Assembly (NCBI GenBank): GCA_000002445.1
Contig: CM000208.1
Span: forward strand, 480,001 to 544,000
Source: Trypanosoma brucei
Taxonomy: Eukaryota
Length of the DNA: 64,000 bases
Direction of reading: 5' to 3'
Shown here: positions 1 to 11,100 of the stretch, one piece after another
How the letters are laid out: the number at the start of each line of letters is the position of its first letter
How positions within the stretch are numbered: position 1 is the stretch's first letter
Made by a program: the position numbers and the translations under genes
The notes under the pieces: generated by a model
Database searches by the model: none
Seen by the model: the letters and a program-made list of their open reading frames with translations, nothing else
Told to the model about the DNA's origin: nothing

Positions 1-121
1 GTGCGTGTTTGTGCATATAAAGGAGAGTTCCTAACCTCCTACGGTTTTCTTCTCGCTCATCACTTACGATTACTGTGCAATTTTCACATTTGATAGTACA
101 CGCATACTTGAACTATACGGA

Positions 122-1672
122 ATGGAGGACACGGCGGCTTTTTCAGCTGTGCTCCAACGCTCTGCTCCAGTAACACGACGGCGGGTTCTAGTTGTGTTAT
201 TTGCTCTCGGTAAATATGCAAAAAGGGAAAATACTGAACTTTCTCCGTCTGCCATAATGACGTTGCTTGAATACGTGATGGTGGGGAAACCTGTGCGTTT
301 CCTTTTCGCGAGTGGCGCCGGGGGTTCTGTGCTGCGTAGCCACGACCGAGGCTTTACCTGGCGTGTTGTGTACAGAATTCGTGACAACGTTACCGATGTT
401 GTGCCTACTCGAAGGCAGCCTGCGGGAACCCTTGGAGCTGTGGGGGAGACAAAAGCCTTATCTGAGACTGGGGGAAATATCGCTTCAAAGGATGAAGTCA
501 TTCCTCCCTCGGCTGTTGAACCTGAGAACCACACATCATGCATCGCCACAATGGATGATAGGGTAGCTGTATGTGGTGACAATGGGTTTCTTGCAGTCTC
601 TGTCGATCGAGGATTGTCGTTTTCCAAGCTAGCGAAAGAAGCGTTTCACCCATTTGGCGAAGGGGGATCAAACAACGAGAGTAACTGCTCCGACTTTAGG
701 GGCGTGGAGTTTTTGTCTGAATGCGCTTTGGTGTTCTTTTCAAAGAGACATCTCTTTAGGTGCCCGCTCAACCAAAAAAGTTACAACAGCGTAGAATTCG
801 GTGATATTAGCCTCCTACAAGCGTTTTCTGACCCAATTGGGTGTGTGAGAACGTTTTCGCGGGCTGGCCGGGGTTGTATGCGGGAGCTGTTTGTGGCAAC
901 GAACGGGTTTGTGCACTACTCGCACGATGGGGGGGCTGTTCTTTTGAAAATTCCTCACAAACTAGGCGTTATTCGCTCGATTGAGCCTATGGATGTTGTT
1001 CTTAGACATAGGGAGATTCCCCAGCTCCCCCCTAGTTTGATAGATGCAATGACGGCGCCCGCAGTTGAGCGACATCTAAGTGCAGAGAAGGAGAAGTACT
1101 CCTACAGCGTTGTTGTCCGGGCAACGGGGGCCCAAGACAAGGGGGTTGGTGATTCAGGGTGCGACTTCTGTGAGGGTTGGGTGGACGGCATTTCCCTTCC
1201 ACACCGCTTGGGCAGTGTCTGTTACCGTGTTCTGTTGGTTGCTGGATGCGGGGCCAATATATTACCGTACGATTGCACCGCTTTACTCTTTGTTGCTGCC
1301 TCCTCAAACGGTCCGGACACCACTCCGGATGTCCTGGGGTCTTTGGCTGAGCACGTGGATTATGTGCCGTACATCAAGTCCGGGATAACTGAACCCCTGT
1401 CAGTGGCCCTCACCCGTCGTCCGGGTTCTGGAGGCTGTGTGTTTGCTCGGAGCAATATTGCTGGTGTTAGCTTTTCGAGTGATATGGGTAGGTCGTGGTC
1501 CATTCCGAAACAAGCGTACGTAGTCTCCGTCCTTGCATCCGACGGCGGCGAATTCGTCTGTTGTAATAGACGAAATGTTGTCAATTTCCCCAACAGTGTT
1601 TGTGAGGAAGTTCATGCTCTGCAGACTGATTTGCGAGTGCCTTTCTTGACAGATATTGCGATGATGACTTAA
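122..1672 (+). CDS. Hypothetical protein with BNR/Asp-box repeats (S-x-D-x-G-x-T-W-like)
   Basis: 516-aa ORF. Four Asp-box-like motifs read directly from the translation: SHDRGFTW, SVDRGLSF, SHDGGAV, SSDMGRSW. The + strand matches the rest of the transcription unit. An in-frame stop upstream at nt 32-34 bounds the ORF. Confidence 0.5.
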   Translation: MEDTAAFSAVLQRSAPVTRRRVLVVLFALGKYAKRENTELSPSAIMTLLEYVMVGKPVRFLFASGAGGSVLRSHDRGFTWRVVYRIRDNVTDVVPTRRQPAGTLGAVGETKALSETGGNIASKDEVIPPSAVEPENHTSCIATMDDRVAVCGDNGFLAVSVDRGLSFSKLAKEAFHPFGEGGSNNESNCSDFRGVEFLSECALVFFSKRHLFRCPLNQKSYNSVEFGDISLLQAFSDPIGCVRTFSRAGRGCMRELFVATNGFVHYSHDGGAVLLKIPHKLGVIRSIEPMDVVLRHREIPQLPPSLIDAMTAPAVERHLSAEKEKYSYSVVVRATGAQDKGVGDSGCDFCEGWVDGISLPHRLGSVCYRVLLVAGCGANILPYDCTALLFVAASSNGPDTTPDVLGSLAEHVDYVPYIKSGITEPLSVALTRRPGSGGCVFARSNIAGVSFSSDMGRSWSIPKQAYVVSVLASDGGEFVCCNRRNVVNFPNSVCEEVHALQTDLRVPFLTDIAMMT

Positions 1673-1682
1673 CCGACAGACA

Positions 1683-3038
1683 TTGCCCTGTTTTCCTTGC
1701 TTTGGGACTTTTAAGATAGCGAAGGTGATACTGCCTATGGGTCAGTGGCTTTGCTTTCGCGGGGGGAGCACAGAAGGAGGGAAGGAATGCGATGGGGATG
1801 AGTTATCAGTTTACTCTGAAGTGGGAGAGAAAATGTCCCGGGAAGAGCGCTACAGTAATGCCGATTGCCCAGATTCGGGCTCGTCGTTACTCCCCGGGGT
1901 AATGTGGAGTGAACAGCCCGTGGAGCAGGCGCGCTTTGAGGATTTTGGCGGTAGCTCTTGTGGTAGTGTTTTCCCTCCTCACCGAAAGCACCGTGATTAC
2001 AAGCTCTTTGGAGGCCTTTTCGATGCTAATGTTTCGCTGCTTTCCTTGTGTTCCTGTGAAGATGCGGGCATGCCACAGCACATACTTCTTGGTGGTGAAG
2101 GTGGGGGCATCGTTCTGCTGAACTACGCGTCAGGTGAGGTTGTGCGTCGGTGGTCTGAAGCACACAGTGGCGATGTGAATAAGTTAACGAGACCGCTAGA
2201 GACGGGCATGTTTGCCTCTTGCAGTCGTGACAGCACTGTTAAAGTCTGGGATACTGAATGCAACGAGGCGCTTTGCACGCTTCGGGGTCACAGAGCAAAC
2301 GTGACGAGTATCACTCAGCTTCTGAATGGCACCTTCCTTGTTTCGGGAAGTCGTGACAATTCAGTGCGGCTATGGGATATAATAGAAGGCCAAGAGGTGG
2401 CTTGCTGCGATGTCAAGCAAAATATTGTACACTTCGTGCGGTGGGTACCTTCGTTGGGTTGTGTGGCGCAGGGTGGTGAGGATTTGACTGTGCGACTATG
2501 GGACGTGCGCACGAGCTCCGACGGTATGAAGGCGATAGATCTCAGTTTGGGTTTTACAATGGCGTGCATTGACTATCATCCGATCTGCTGCGAACTCTCC
2601 CCAGACGAGGGTTCGTACACTCTGCTGACTGGTCATAATGGGTTCAATGGGCATGGGGCGTACGTCGTCGAATGGGACCTGCGCATGCAAGACCGCGTGC
2701 GGACCTTTAAGGCCCACAACGGTACAGTGCGGAGCATACGCAGCTGTCCGTTAGCGAAAGGGATGCCTAACAGACACTACATGAGCGCAGCTGACGATGG
2801 AACTGTTGCCTTCTTTTCGACTGCGGACGTAGATGGTGCAGTTGAAGTGTCGGTGGATCCGGCTAACATTCACAAGGTATCAGGTGCTTCGGTTAAATGC
2901 ATTGATACGAGCAGCGGTGGCGATATTTTTGCGTCAACATCTGATGGTGCCGTTATCGTATGCTGCCAAACACAACGTGGAAGTGAAGCTGTGGCCTCAT
3001 TGTACCACTATCGCTATTTCGGGGCCAGCCCAGGCTAA
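1683..3038 (+). CDS. WD40-repeat protein
   Basis: 451-aa ORF with several WD repeats: VKVWDTECNEALCTLRGHRANVTS, GSRDNSVRLWDI, DLTVRLWDVRT, GAYVVEWDLR. The true initiator is probably an internal Met (nt 1737 or 1833), because nt 1683-1720 looks like a polypyrimidine/AG splice-acceptor tract. Confidence 0.7.
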   Translation: MPCFPCFGTFKIAKVILPMGQWLCFRGGSTEGGKECDGDELSVYSEVGEKMSREERYSNADCPDSGSSLLPGVMWSEQPVEQARFEDFGGSSCGSVFPPHRKHRDYKLFGGLFDANVSLLSLCSCEDAGMPQHILLGGEGGGIVLLNYASGEVVRRWSEAHSGDVNKLTRPLETGMFASCSRDSTVKVWDTECNEALCTLRGHRANVTSITQLLNGTFLVSGSRDNSVRLWDIIEGQEVACCDVKQNIVHFVRWVPSLGCVAQGGEDLTVRLWDVRTSSDGMKAIDLSLGFTMACIDYHPICCELSPDEGSYTLLTGHNGFNGHGAYVVEWDLRMQDRVRTFKAHNGTVRSIRSCPLAKGMPNRHYMSAADDGTVAFFSTADVDGAVEVSVDPANIHKVSGASVKCIDTSSGGDIFASTSDGAVIVCCQTQRGSEAVASLYHYRYFGASPG

Positions 3039-3384
3039 CTCTAATGAATCAGTAGGTGATGTTTTATGGCTCGCCGAGGTGGTGGAGCGTTAGCGTCGTT
3101 GTTCTCTCCCTCCCTCACATACCCTTGTGTTCTTATTCTTGCTTCATCCACCCTTCTTGCACGTATGTACGTCCACATCTTGCGACTGTACTCGCTTTTT
3201 GTCCAGCCATTTGCTATGCAGCAATCGTTTCCTCTTCATCTCCCATGCTTTGTGCTTCAACCCTTCTGATTCATCTCTCATCCCCGTGACCTTCACTCCC
3301 TCGCCACGGTCAATTCCCTCCCAACCATGCGGGCGTTTATTTGCTGCTCATGCCAGAAGGCCGGGAGTTGAAGTCAAAGGTAAT

Positions 3385-4467
3385 ATGACAGATAATCAAG
3401 GTAGCTATATCACTACCACGAAACTTGAAGAGGTTCGCCTTCTTGCCGTCGCAGGGGATCGCAGTGCTGCCGTTTATGCAGCGCATCGGCGTATGGAGGA
3501 CAACCTGGCAAAGTTGCCCGCCGTATTAGCGGACACGGCGAGGTACCACCCTACATCTGTGGACCCTTGGGTTGCCGTGTTTGCCGCCGTCGATTCCCTC
3601 TGCAGGGATGTGGAGTTGTGCCTGCAGCTGTTCACCATCGGTGCGCAGGTGGAGCGGTCTAAGGGGTTGCCAACTGTAGCTGTTCTCTACGAGCAACAAA
3701 AAAAACCCGCGGCCCGCCTGCAATCGTTCGCCGCCACAGTTCAGAGTGCCTTCACATGCAAGGGTGTTACCATTCCCGTACCGGCATCTCTCATGCTGAG
3801 GTTTGCGGAGGCGATTCGTCCCTTTGATAGCAGCCAGGCCACCAAGTGGTTGCAGTGCAGTTTTGAAGAAATGTTCAATAGAGAGACAACTGGCGAGGGT
3901 GCCGGTAACAATTACGTAGCATCTGGGCCGACCGCGGTAGCAGCTACACCAGCGCATGCAACACAGGAGCCTAAAGGCGTGGTGGTTGCAATGCTTACTT
4001 TGTTGATAAAATGGCGCGCGGAAGACGGGGAAGACGTGTTATGGGCTCAGCGAAAGCGCAAGGAACTGTCACAGCTCGTGGAGGAAAATGTTCTTGAATC
4101 TTTAATTCGGTTTGAAGTTGAGAGCGTGGCGGCAGTGGCTAGGAGGAAACAGCGTGTCCAGAAAAAAGGTGAAAGGCAAGCCACGAAAAGGCAGGTCAAA
4201 CCCACCCCTGCAACAGAGGCTCTCCCAGGGTCCGCTGTAGAAGCCACTGTTCCTGCACAGGGGGTATCAACCTTGGGGCGTCTGAGGCGGTATGTAAATG
4301 ACCTGCTCGCCACAAACTGGAGTCAGAACCCATCTCGTGCAGCCTGTGTGATTATTGCGATTATTCTTCTTTGCATTCTTGCTCGTAAAGCCCTGTGTAC
4401 GGTATCTTTGTTTGGGGGTTTTGCCGGAGGCACTCCCCGGGGCGGAAGGAAGCTGATCGATCTCTGA
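3385..4467 (+). CDS. Hypothetical tail-anchored membrane protein
   Basis: The ORF track gives 3127..4467, but the first 86 codons translate a pyrimidine-rich leader (MFLFLLHPPF...) and the likely start is ATG 3385 (MTDNQGSY...). There is one C-terminal hydrophobic helix (ACVIIAIILLCILARKALC) about 25 aa from the stop. Charged, Ala-rich body. Confidence 0.5.
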   Translation: MTDNQGSYITTTKLEEVRLLAVAGDRSAAVYAAHRRMEDNLAKLPAVLADTARYHPTSVDPWVAVFAAVDSLCRDVELCLQLFTIGAQVERSKGLPTVAVLYEQQKKPAARLQSFAATVQSAFTCKGVTIPVPASLMLRFAEAIRPFDSSQATKWLQCSFEEMFNRETTGEGAGNNYVASGPTAVAATPAHATQEPKGVVVAMLTLLIKWRAEDGEDVLWAQRKRKELSQLVEENVLESLIRFEVESVAAVARRKQRVQKKGERQATKRQVKPTPATEALPGSAVEATVPAQGVSTLGRLRRYVNDLLATNWSQNPSRAACVIIAIILLCILARKALCTVSLFGGFAGGTPRGGRKLIDL

Positions 4468-5022
4468 TTGGACTCTGATGATAAACGTGTTTTTTTCCCT
4501 TTTTTCTGTCTTCAGCCCCCCTTTTCGATTCGACCATCGTGGGAGCTGCCCTCGGCGACGTGTATAGGCGTCCATTGACTATGGACATCCCCTTCGATTC
4601 TGTTCCTCAACCCACACGTGGATGGATAACCATGTATATATACGTTTTCTCTGCTTGACTGGTACATTTTCATCTGCCCGTTTTTATTCTTTTTGCTGCA
4701 TACGGCCGTGACATGTAGCTTTAGTTTTCGAGATAGTTGCAGCGGTTGCATTTCCGGATGGAGCACTGTTTTCTGTCACCGTTGTGATGCATTTGTAAGG
4801 TGCCATCACTACCTACCGGGCATTCACACCTGACAGTGTTCATTTGGTTTTCTGCGGGAGGCATGAAATATGCCCACAGCTGCCAGCGTTTCTCTGTCAC
4901 CTTTATCATGGTGATGTTACCCGTTTGGCAACGTGCGTGTTTTCCCTTCATTCTATTAAGTTGCCCCTGAAAATGACACTGAATATCGTAGTCGTTTTCG
5001 TCTCGCACTACGTTGGATTTAT

Positions 5023-5041
5023 GGGGTTAGGGTTAGGGTTG
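5023..5041. repeat. Interstitial telomere-like repeat (GGGTTA)2-3
   Basis: ggggttagggttagggttg, read directly from the sequence, in an ORF-poor spacer. Confidence 0.8.
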
Positions 5042-6204
5042 TGTGGTTCCTATATAGTTGGGTGTTCTGGTGGAACTGCAGTGTGGAACGCGGGGGTTAC
5101 TTTAGTTGTCGAGCACAAGTGACGTTTGTAGCGACGGGCGATTTATTTGCGTTTGTCGTTTTCGTCTCGCGTTTTCACTACTATGATCTCCCCGGTCGCC
5201 GCAGATTGGCTTCTTGGAAACGGACTGTTTCTCTTCGTGCTGATCCGGTGGGTGATTTGGGTTATTTTTTCATTTGGGACATTGCATTACAGCTGTGTGC
5301 TTCTCTGAGAAGCACCGCGATGTCAATGTGTGAGATGGACGGCTCTGCGATGGAGAGTAGAACTCGAGTTATACGGGTGGAAAGCCATGTGCCCGTGTGT
5401 GGAGAGGGAATAATACTTTTATATGTATGGGGACGTTCGTTGCGCGCTATCGTGGTTTCACGTGCCCTTTCTCCTTGATGCGTAGTCCATTTACTGTCAA
5501 GCGATGTGACGACGATCGTCCAAGTTTGCTCTTTTTTTCTTTCTCGTCTGATGTGAGGGGTCTAGAAATATTTGAAGATCAAAAGTTTTTCGATTGCGTT
5601 TAGTGGCTCGTTTTCGTTTGGCTTCGTGTCTGTTCGTCTGCTATTGATTCAAATCTCGCTTTAAGAGCCTCGTAGAGGATCTTTTCTTTCCGCGTGAGAA
5701 ATTCACTGCTCCCTCCGCCCCACAGTACCACTCGAAAGCTTAGGATGCTCGTGTACGTTTGTGAGAGGTAGTGGCGCGTAAGAGAGTTTTTTCTTTTTAG
5801 AGTTGTTGGAGAGGAAGACGGTCGTTACTTCTGAATTTGTTGTCCTTGCTACCCACTCTTTTCTTTCTGCGACCCGGTAGTATTCAGCTTATTAGTCCGA
5901 AGCAGGTTGGTGTACATTTGTTTCGTCGGCCGTCGCTGGGATTCGTCAATTGCCATCCGTATTATCAACTTTGACGTCAGTAATAGTATGTTTTTGCCCC
6001 ACTTCTTTCTGGGACGTCCCCTTTACAAATCGTTAAGTGTTTTCTCCTTCATTCACATTTGACACAAGTGTGCCCCTCCCCAATCAAACTACGCAAACTT
6101 ACGTCCTCTGGTTTATGGGCTCTGAAGAATCAAACAACATATGTGCTTATAAAAGAACAATTTCTCTCGCTAAAATCTATATCGTGTTACTAGTGAAAAC
6201 TGCG

Positions 6205-6660
6205 ATGCTGCGCTACAGCCGACTTTGCTTCCCTAAGATGGGATGTGAGGAGATCAAACGCAAGGCAAGGCGCGTGCAGTTGCAGCCGACAGAATATTTG
6301 GCTCAGCATCGCATGCAGGTTTGGCAACTTCGATTCAAGGAAATGGGACCACCATTTTCGAGGGTGTGGGTGGCACTTGGTGGAAAGATGAGGCGCCGGC
6401 GTGTTGGGCGGCAAGTGGATGTAAAGGACATGCGTTACTATTGGAGGCCTATAGAGCCACAGTATCAGCGGCTCTACATGTCTCGGCTGCGCATTCGTGA
6501 TCATTCAAATAAATTAAGGCAGCCCATGCGTCTTCGCGCTACCAACGCCGATATTGGGTCTGGGAGTAGCTCTATTGAATGGGAGAGAGCTTCTAATAGA
6601 AAGTACGGAGCGATGTTAGCGCCCCCGAAGCGACAAGACTTTGAATTCCGTGTTGTTTAG
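6205..6660 (+). CDS. Hypothetical small basic (Arg-rich) protein
   Basis: + ORF 6037..6660. An internal Met at 6205 (MLRYSRLCFP...) gives about 151 aa, very Arg/Lys-rich (RRRRVGRQVD, RLRIRDHSNKLRQPMRLR). No recognisable domain; it could be a mitochondrial ribosomal-type protein. Weak support. Confidence 0.3.
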   Translation: MLRYSRLCFPKMGCEEIKRKARRVQLQPTEYLAQHRMQVWQLRFKEMGPPFSRVWVALGGKMRRRRVGRQVDVKDMRYYWRPIEPQYQRLYMSRLRIRDHSNKLRQPMRLRATNADIGSGSSSIEWERASNRKYGAMLAPPKRQDFEFRVV

Positions 6661-7037
6661 GAGCACCTGTGGGGATTGTGTATTTAGGATTACACCTTTT
6701 AATGTCCGTGCATTTGTATTATTGACACTTGACGCAAGCGTATATATATTTGCGCTCTCTTCTACTCCCTTTTCGCGTGCGGTCCTCATTAGTGTCCACC
6801 CATTGCCTGCGTTTGTTTTGCCGTGCCACCCCTTGTGAGTTCGGAGCCACTCTCAGGCTTTCCACCCATCTCCTTTCCCCTTTCCCTCCATTTCTTTGCA
6901 CTCTTGTAAAAAAAATTGCACGCTCTGAACCTTCATACAAACATTCAACTATTGTTCCAGCATTAGTCGCGCTGCAGTGACCTTCTTGATATCCGCGAAG
7001 CAATACAAAGAAGAGGGATAGAGGGAACTGGAGAGGG

Positions 7038-7613
7038 ATGACCACGCCTGGTACTTCAGGAACGGCGAAGCATGACGTGAAGGTGTTTCGGTCCAGTATT
7101 GACACGTCATCCGTGTCTAAAACGATCTTTAGTCAGCCCACTCTATATATGGGCATCGTAAACCTTATTCTGATGTATGCCACGCAACGGTTCCCGGAGG
7201 AATTTATGACCCCCAAGTACATGACCATGTCATACAATGGCGTGCGTGCAAGGGCAATGCTTACCATCCCATTCTGTTGTATTGGCAGTGCGTATTTTGC
7301 CGTTGCGAGCATCATCACCAAATCATCATCGCCCCTTGCGGGACACCTACTTGGATACGGCGTTAGTCTTGGTGTCGGCCTAACTATGATGACGTTTCGT
7401 CGTGTCTCTTGGTACTATCCGCTGCTGGGCCTTATGTACCTCTCGTTCGGTGGCTTTCATCACTATAGGCGGATGATGGTATATGGTGATAATGCTCCAA
7501 TTTACAATTGGGGTGATCTAACAGAGATATGGAGCGCGAGGCGGCAACGCAAATTGGAGGGGCGGAAGAAGCATGAAGCAAAAGAGGTTGCAGCCACGGA
7601 GGGGCGCAACTGA
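7038..7613 (+). CDS. Hypothetical multi-pass membrane protein (about 4 TM, Gly-zipper helix)
   Basis: 191-aa ORF with 3-4 hydrophobic segments (LYMGIVNLILMYA, IPFCCIGSAYFAVASII, LLGYGVSLGVGLTMM, YYPLLGLMYLSFGGF) and a basic C-terminal tail. No family assigned. Confidence 0.4.
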   Translation: MTTPGTSGTAKHDVKVFRSSIDTSSVSKTIFSQPTLYMGIVNLILMYATQRFPEEFMTPKYMTMSYNGVRARAMLTIPFCCIGSAYFAVASIITKSSSPLAGHLLGYGVSLGVGLTMMTFRRVSWYYPLLGLMYLSFGGFHHYRRMMVYGDNAPIYNWGDLTEIWSARRQRKLEGRKKHEAKEVAATEGRN

Positions 7614-8131
7614 ATCTTGAAGTAGTTGTGATTGTATCGTGTTGCCGATGGTAGCTGTGTGGAGGACGTGGTGGATTTCACGCATTTTATGGAGTTTTGT
7701 GTCCCCCTTCTCGTACTTGGTATCGTTAACTTGTTTGCGTAACCGCAGAGTGAAGCACTGGTATACTCCCCTGTCAAGATTGGTGGATTATTTCATATGT
7801 TTTCTTTCCTCATTACATTAATGTAATTGTGAAGGTGGTTAACTCTTTGCGTTCCCTCGCTGCGTTCTTTCCGCGTTTTTTTAAAAAAATTAAAATGACA
7901 CTTGCGCCATTAAAAATAATCAAGTGATCAGAAGAGGCTGTTGTAGTAGAAAGTAGAAGCTCAGCAAGGGACAACTAGCAAGGGAAGGAGAGGAGTACAG
8001 GGGAAAAGCAAGAACAAGAGAACAAAATAGAAGGACGAAGACTGCCAGTTTATACCACCAGGGATTGCACTGGGAAAAGGGGGGACTGAAGGGCTTCCAT
8101 CCGACGCGCGTACCATAGTGGGGGAGGGGTA

Positions 8132-11100
8132 TTGGTAATGGCCACGACGCTGGATGACTTATACCAGTACTACTGCCGACGAAAGGGCTGTAAAGCCAAC
8201 AGCTGTTTCTCCCGTTACCTGATTGAAGAATTTGAGCGTCAAGGGCAAAAGCGCGTACTAGAAACAGTGGATCTGTCTCTGAATTACGTGGGAAGGAAGG
8301 GTATAATACCCGTGTTGGACCTCGTCAAGAATGTCAAAACAATAAAGAAACTAAACCTCAGCAACAATATGTTGGAGCACGAGGAGCTGGAGCATCTTGT
8401 CTACTGCCTCGCCCTTCACCCGTCCGTGGAGGAGGTAGTGCTTGCAAATAATTGCTTTCATGATGCCAGCGTTAAAGTAATTCTCGACCTGTTGGAGTTG
8501 AACGGGGGGATCACTACCTTCGATGTTGATGGTAATGAAATCTCGGCGGCTTCCGTCGCGACAATAGGGGAGCAGCTGGAGAAGAATAGAGCGCGTCGTG
8601 CCGAGAGGGAGAGCGATGCATCCCATCCCTCCTTGCGGCGGTGGAGCAAGGCGCAGATTGAAGGATCGATAGATGAGTTAAACTCGGGTGGCCACATACA
8701 CTTCGGTACCTGGTGGAAGAATCCGCAGTACTTCATGCGGACGTCTGCGGGGTCACAAGTTCGCATTGTCATGGATGTTGAGGACGCTAAGGAGGCACGG
8801 CAAGTTGGTTTCTTTGTCTTTCGCTCAAGCGGCCAGTACAGAGTAGTTGAGCTTAGCGAGGGTGTCATTGCTGGGGAGAGTGCTTGTGACCACAGCCATT
8901 GTTACCTGACAATGTCCGTGGAGGAAAACGAGACGTATTCTGTAATGCCGTACACGTTTTATCCCAGTCGTAGCGTAGGGTTCAGACTCACCGCTGAGAT
9001 GTGTTCTGACGACGCATTAAGCTCGAGGGGATGGATCACCCTTGAGCCTGTAGATCCGGCGGTCGATTGGTGTCTGAGTACTCTGGACGGAGAGTGGACA
9101 GAGGAGTCAGCCGGTGGCTCCCACTTAGAGCACACATGGTGTCGTAACCACATGATTCGGGTGCAGTACGCTGGGTCCGTTCTCACGCACCGAATGGCAG
9201 CACCTGCAACGCTAATTGTGAAACTCAGCAAGGGCGTGGACCCAGATGTTAACGATGAAAAGAGTATCGGATTCCACGTACTGACACCAGACACAGAGGA
9301 GGCGTTGTTGCCCCCAATTTTCTGCAAGGACGAGTGCGTAAAGTGTTTCTGTCCGCACGAGCGTACGACAACTATCAGCGCTTCCTTTGCAGTGTCATGT
9401 ACTGCTCTTCAGCTTTTCATCGCTCCGAGCACACTGAATCCTGGACAGGTGGGAAGTTATAACGTCACGGTTTTTTCCTCTGTACCCGTCACACTATCCT
9501 CGTCGGCGTTTCCCCATGGGTGGCACTACCGAAAGGTTGGTGGCTCGTGGGATGAGTATAACTGTGGAGGCTCTCGAAACGCGAGCATGTCGTGGAAGGC
9601 CAATCCCTCCATTGGCCTGAGCGTCGATTCTAGTCAAGAGCCGTCAGATTTCACAGTCTTCTTGGAGGCAGCTTCGCCCGCTTTACCGTTGGTCGTTCAA
9701 GAAGCTGCGGTGGGAGACGGTGCGTGCTCGCGATCCGCCACGCCTGCTCCAGGGGAGTCGCAGGAAGAAGATCCTGATCTTGTGGAGTTTCTGAGAAGGC
9801 ACAAGGCACACCTCATGGAAGCTTGTGTGTCAGTTATTGAGGCCAAGTCTCCACTTTATCGGGAACTACTCACTTCTGGCTACACAAATGGTTCCTTCGC
9901 CCGTCTTATGGTGCCCGGCCTCAACAAACCGTTTCTTCTTCTTGTCTCAACGAGGCACGCGGGACAATTGGGAACATTTGCGCTTCATATATTTTCCCAC
10001 CGCCCTTTTGTTACCGATGGTGTGGAATCATTATTGGCGCGTGAGCGTGAGGTCCACTTGCAGCAGTATGCACTGGAGAACGAAAAACGGCGAACACTTT
10101 TGTCAGCGGCAAAAACTCAACAGATTAGCTTCGACGGCAGCGAGGATGTGGTTGTTGTGCGCAACGAAATCATTAGGCAATGTATGATTACTGGAGAAAA
10201 GTTTGTTGATCGTGATTTCCCCCGTGGTGGTTCCTCACTTTTTCTTGATCCAGATGCAAAACCCCCGCCAATGTTCCCAAAAGAAACGCATTGGAAGCGA
10301 CCGACCGAGTTAATGGAGAAGGTGGTGTTTCTCCCCGACTGGAAGTGTGACGCCCCGTTCCCGTACTCACGGCGGGAGTGGTTTGCATCTGTTGTTCATG
10401 CCATAGCAACGAAGCCGTTGTGGCTGCAGAATGTAGCAGTTGGGTACAATGAAGGCGAGGGAATGGCCCAATTCCGCTTCTTCAAAGACGGGAAGTGGAA
10501 GGTGGTAACCATCGACGACTATCTTCTCTTTGACAGCACAATGGACCTCTGTATGGGGCGGCCGGGTAAGGATAGTGCAGACATTTTTTTTCCATTGATT
10601 GAAAAGGCGTACGCGAAGGCGCATCGTTGCTACGAGACTCTGGAGCCCAAAGTAACACCGGAATTGGGATTCCTAGAGTTGGTGTGCCAGGGCTTGATGG
10701 ACCTTTCGGGCTGTGCAACAATCAACATCCCTCTCATCGGTAGTGTGCGAATGCCCCAAGAGCAACAGGACGTCATCTGGATGGAAATGAAGAACGCCGT
10801 AAAGCCTAATGTTCTTTGTAGTCTGTTGGTTCGTGGTGACAGTAACGGAGCATCAGAACGCCGTGGACGTGGTATACTGGTTGATCATATATATCCTGTG
10901 TTGGACGCCCGATTTCTAGAGGGGTATCGGCTTGTGAAATTACGACATTGGGGACAACCAGAAGAAATTAACCTGTGCAGCAAGTGGCGGTCTTCAAGCG
11001 ACAAATGGACCGACACCATTCGGCAAACTCTTGAATTCAGGGAGGATGACCGTGAGACGTTTTGGCTATCCTTCGACGAAGTACTGTACTACTTTACTAA

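Noticed and set aside
3127-3384. N-terminal 86 codons of the 3127..4467 ORF
   Set aside because: They translate a pyrimidine-rich leader (FLFLLHPPFLHV...SHLLCSNRFLFISH). ATG 3385 is the more plausible start, so only 3385..4467 is annotated as CDS.
4721-5008. Cys-rich 95-aa minus-strand ORF in the ORF-poor region
   Set aside because: It is isolated on the opposite strand to the whole transcription unit, overlaps a + ORF of similar size, and has no recognisable fold or motif. It is kept only as context for the 4468-8131 finding.
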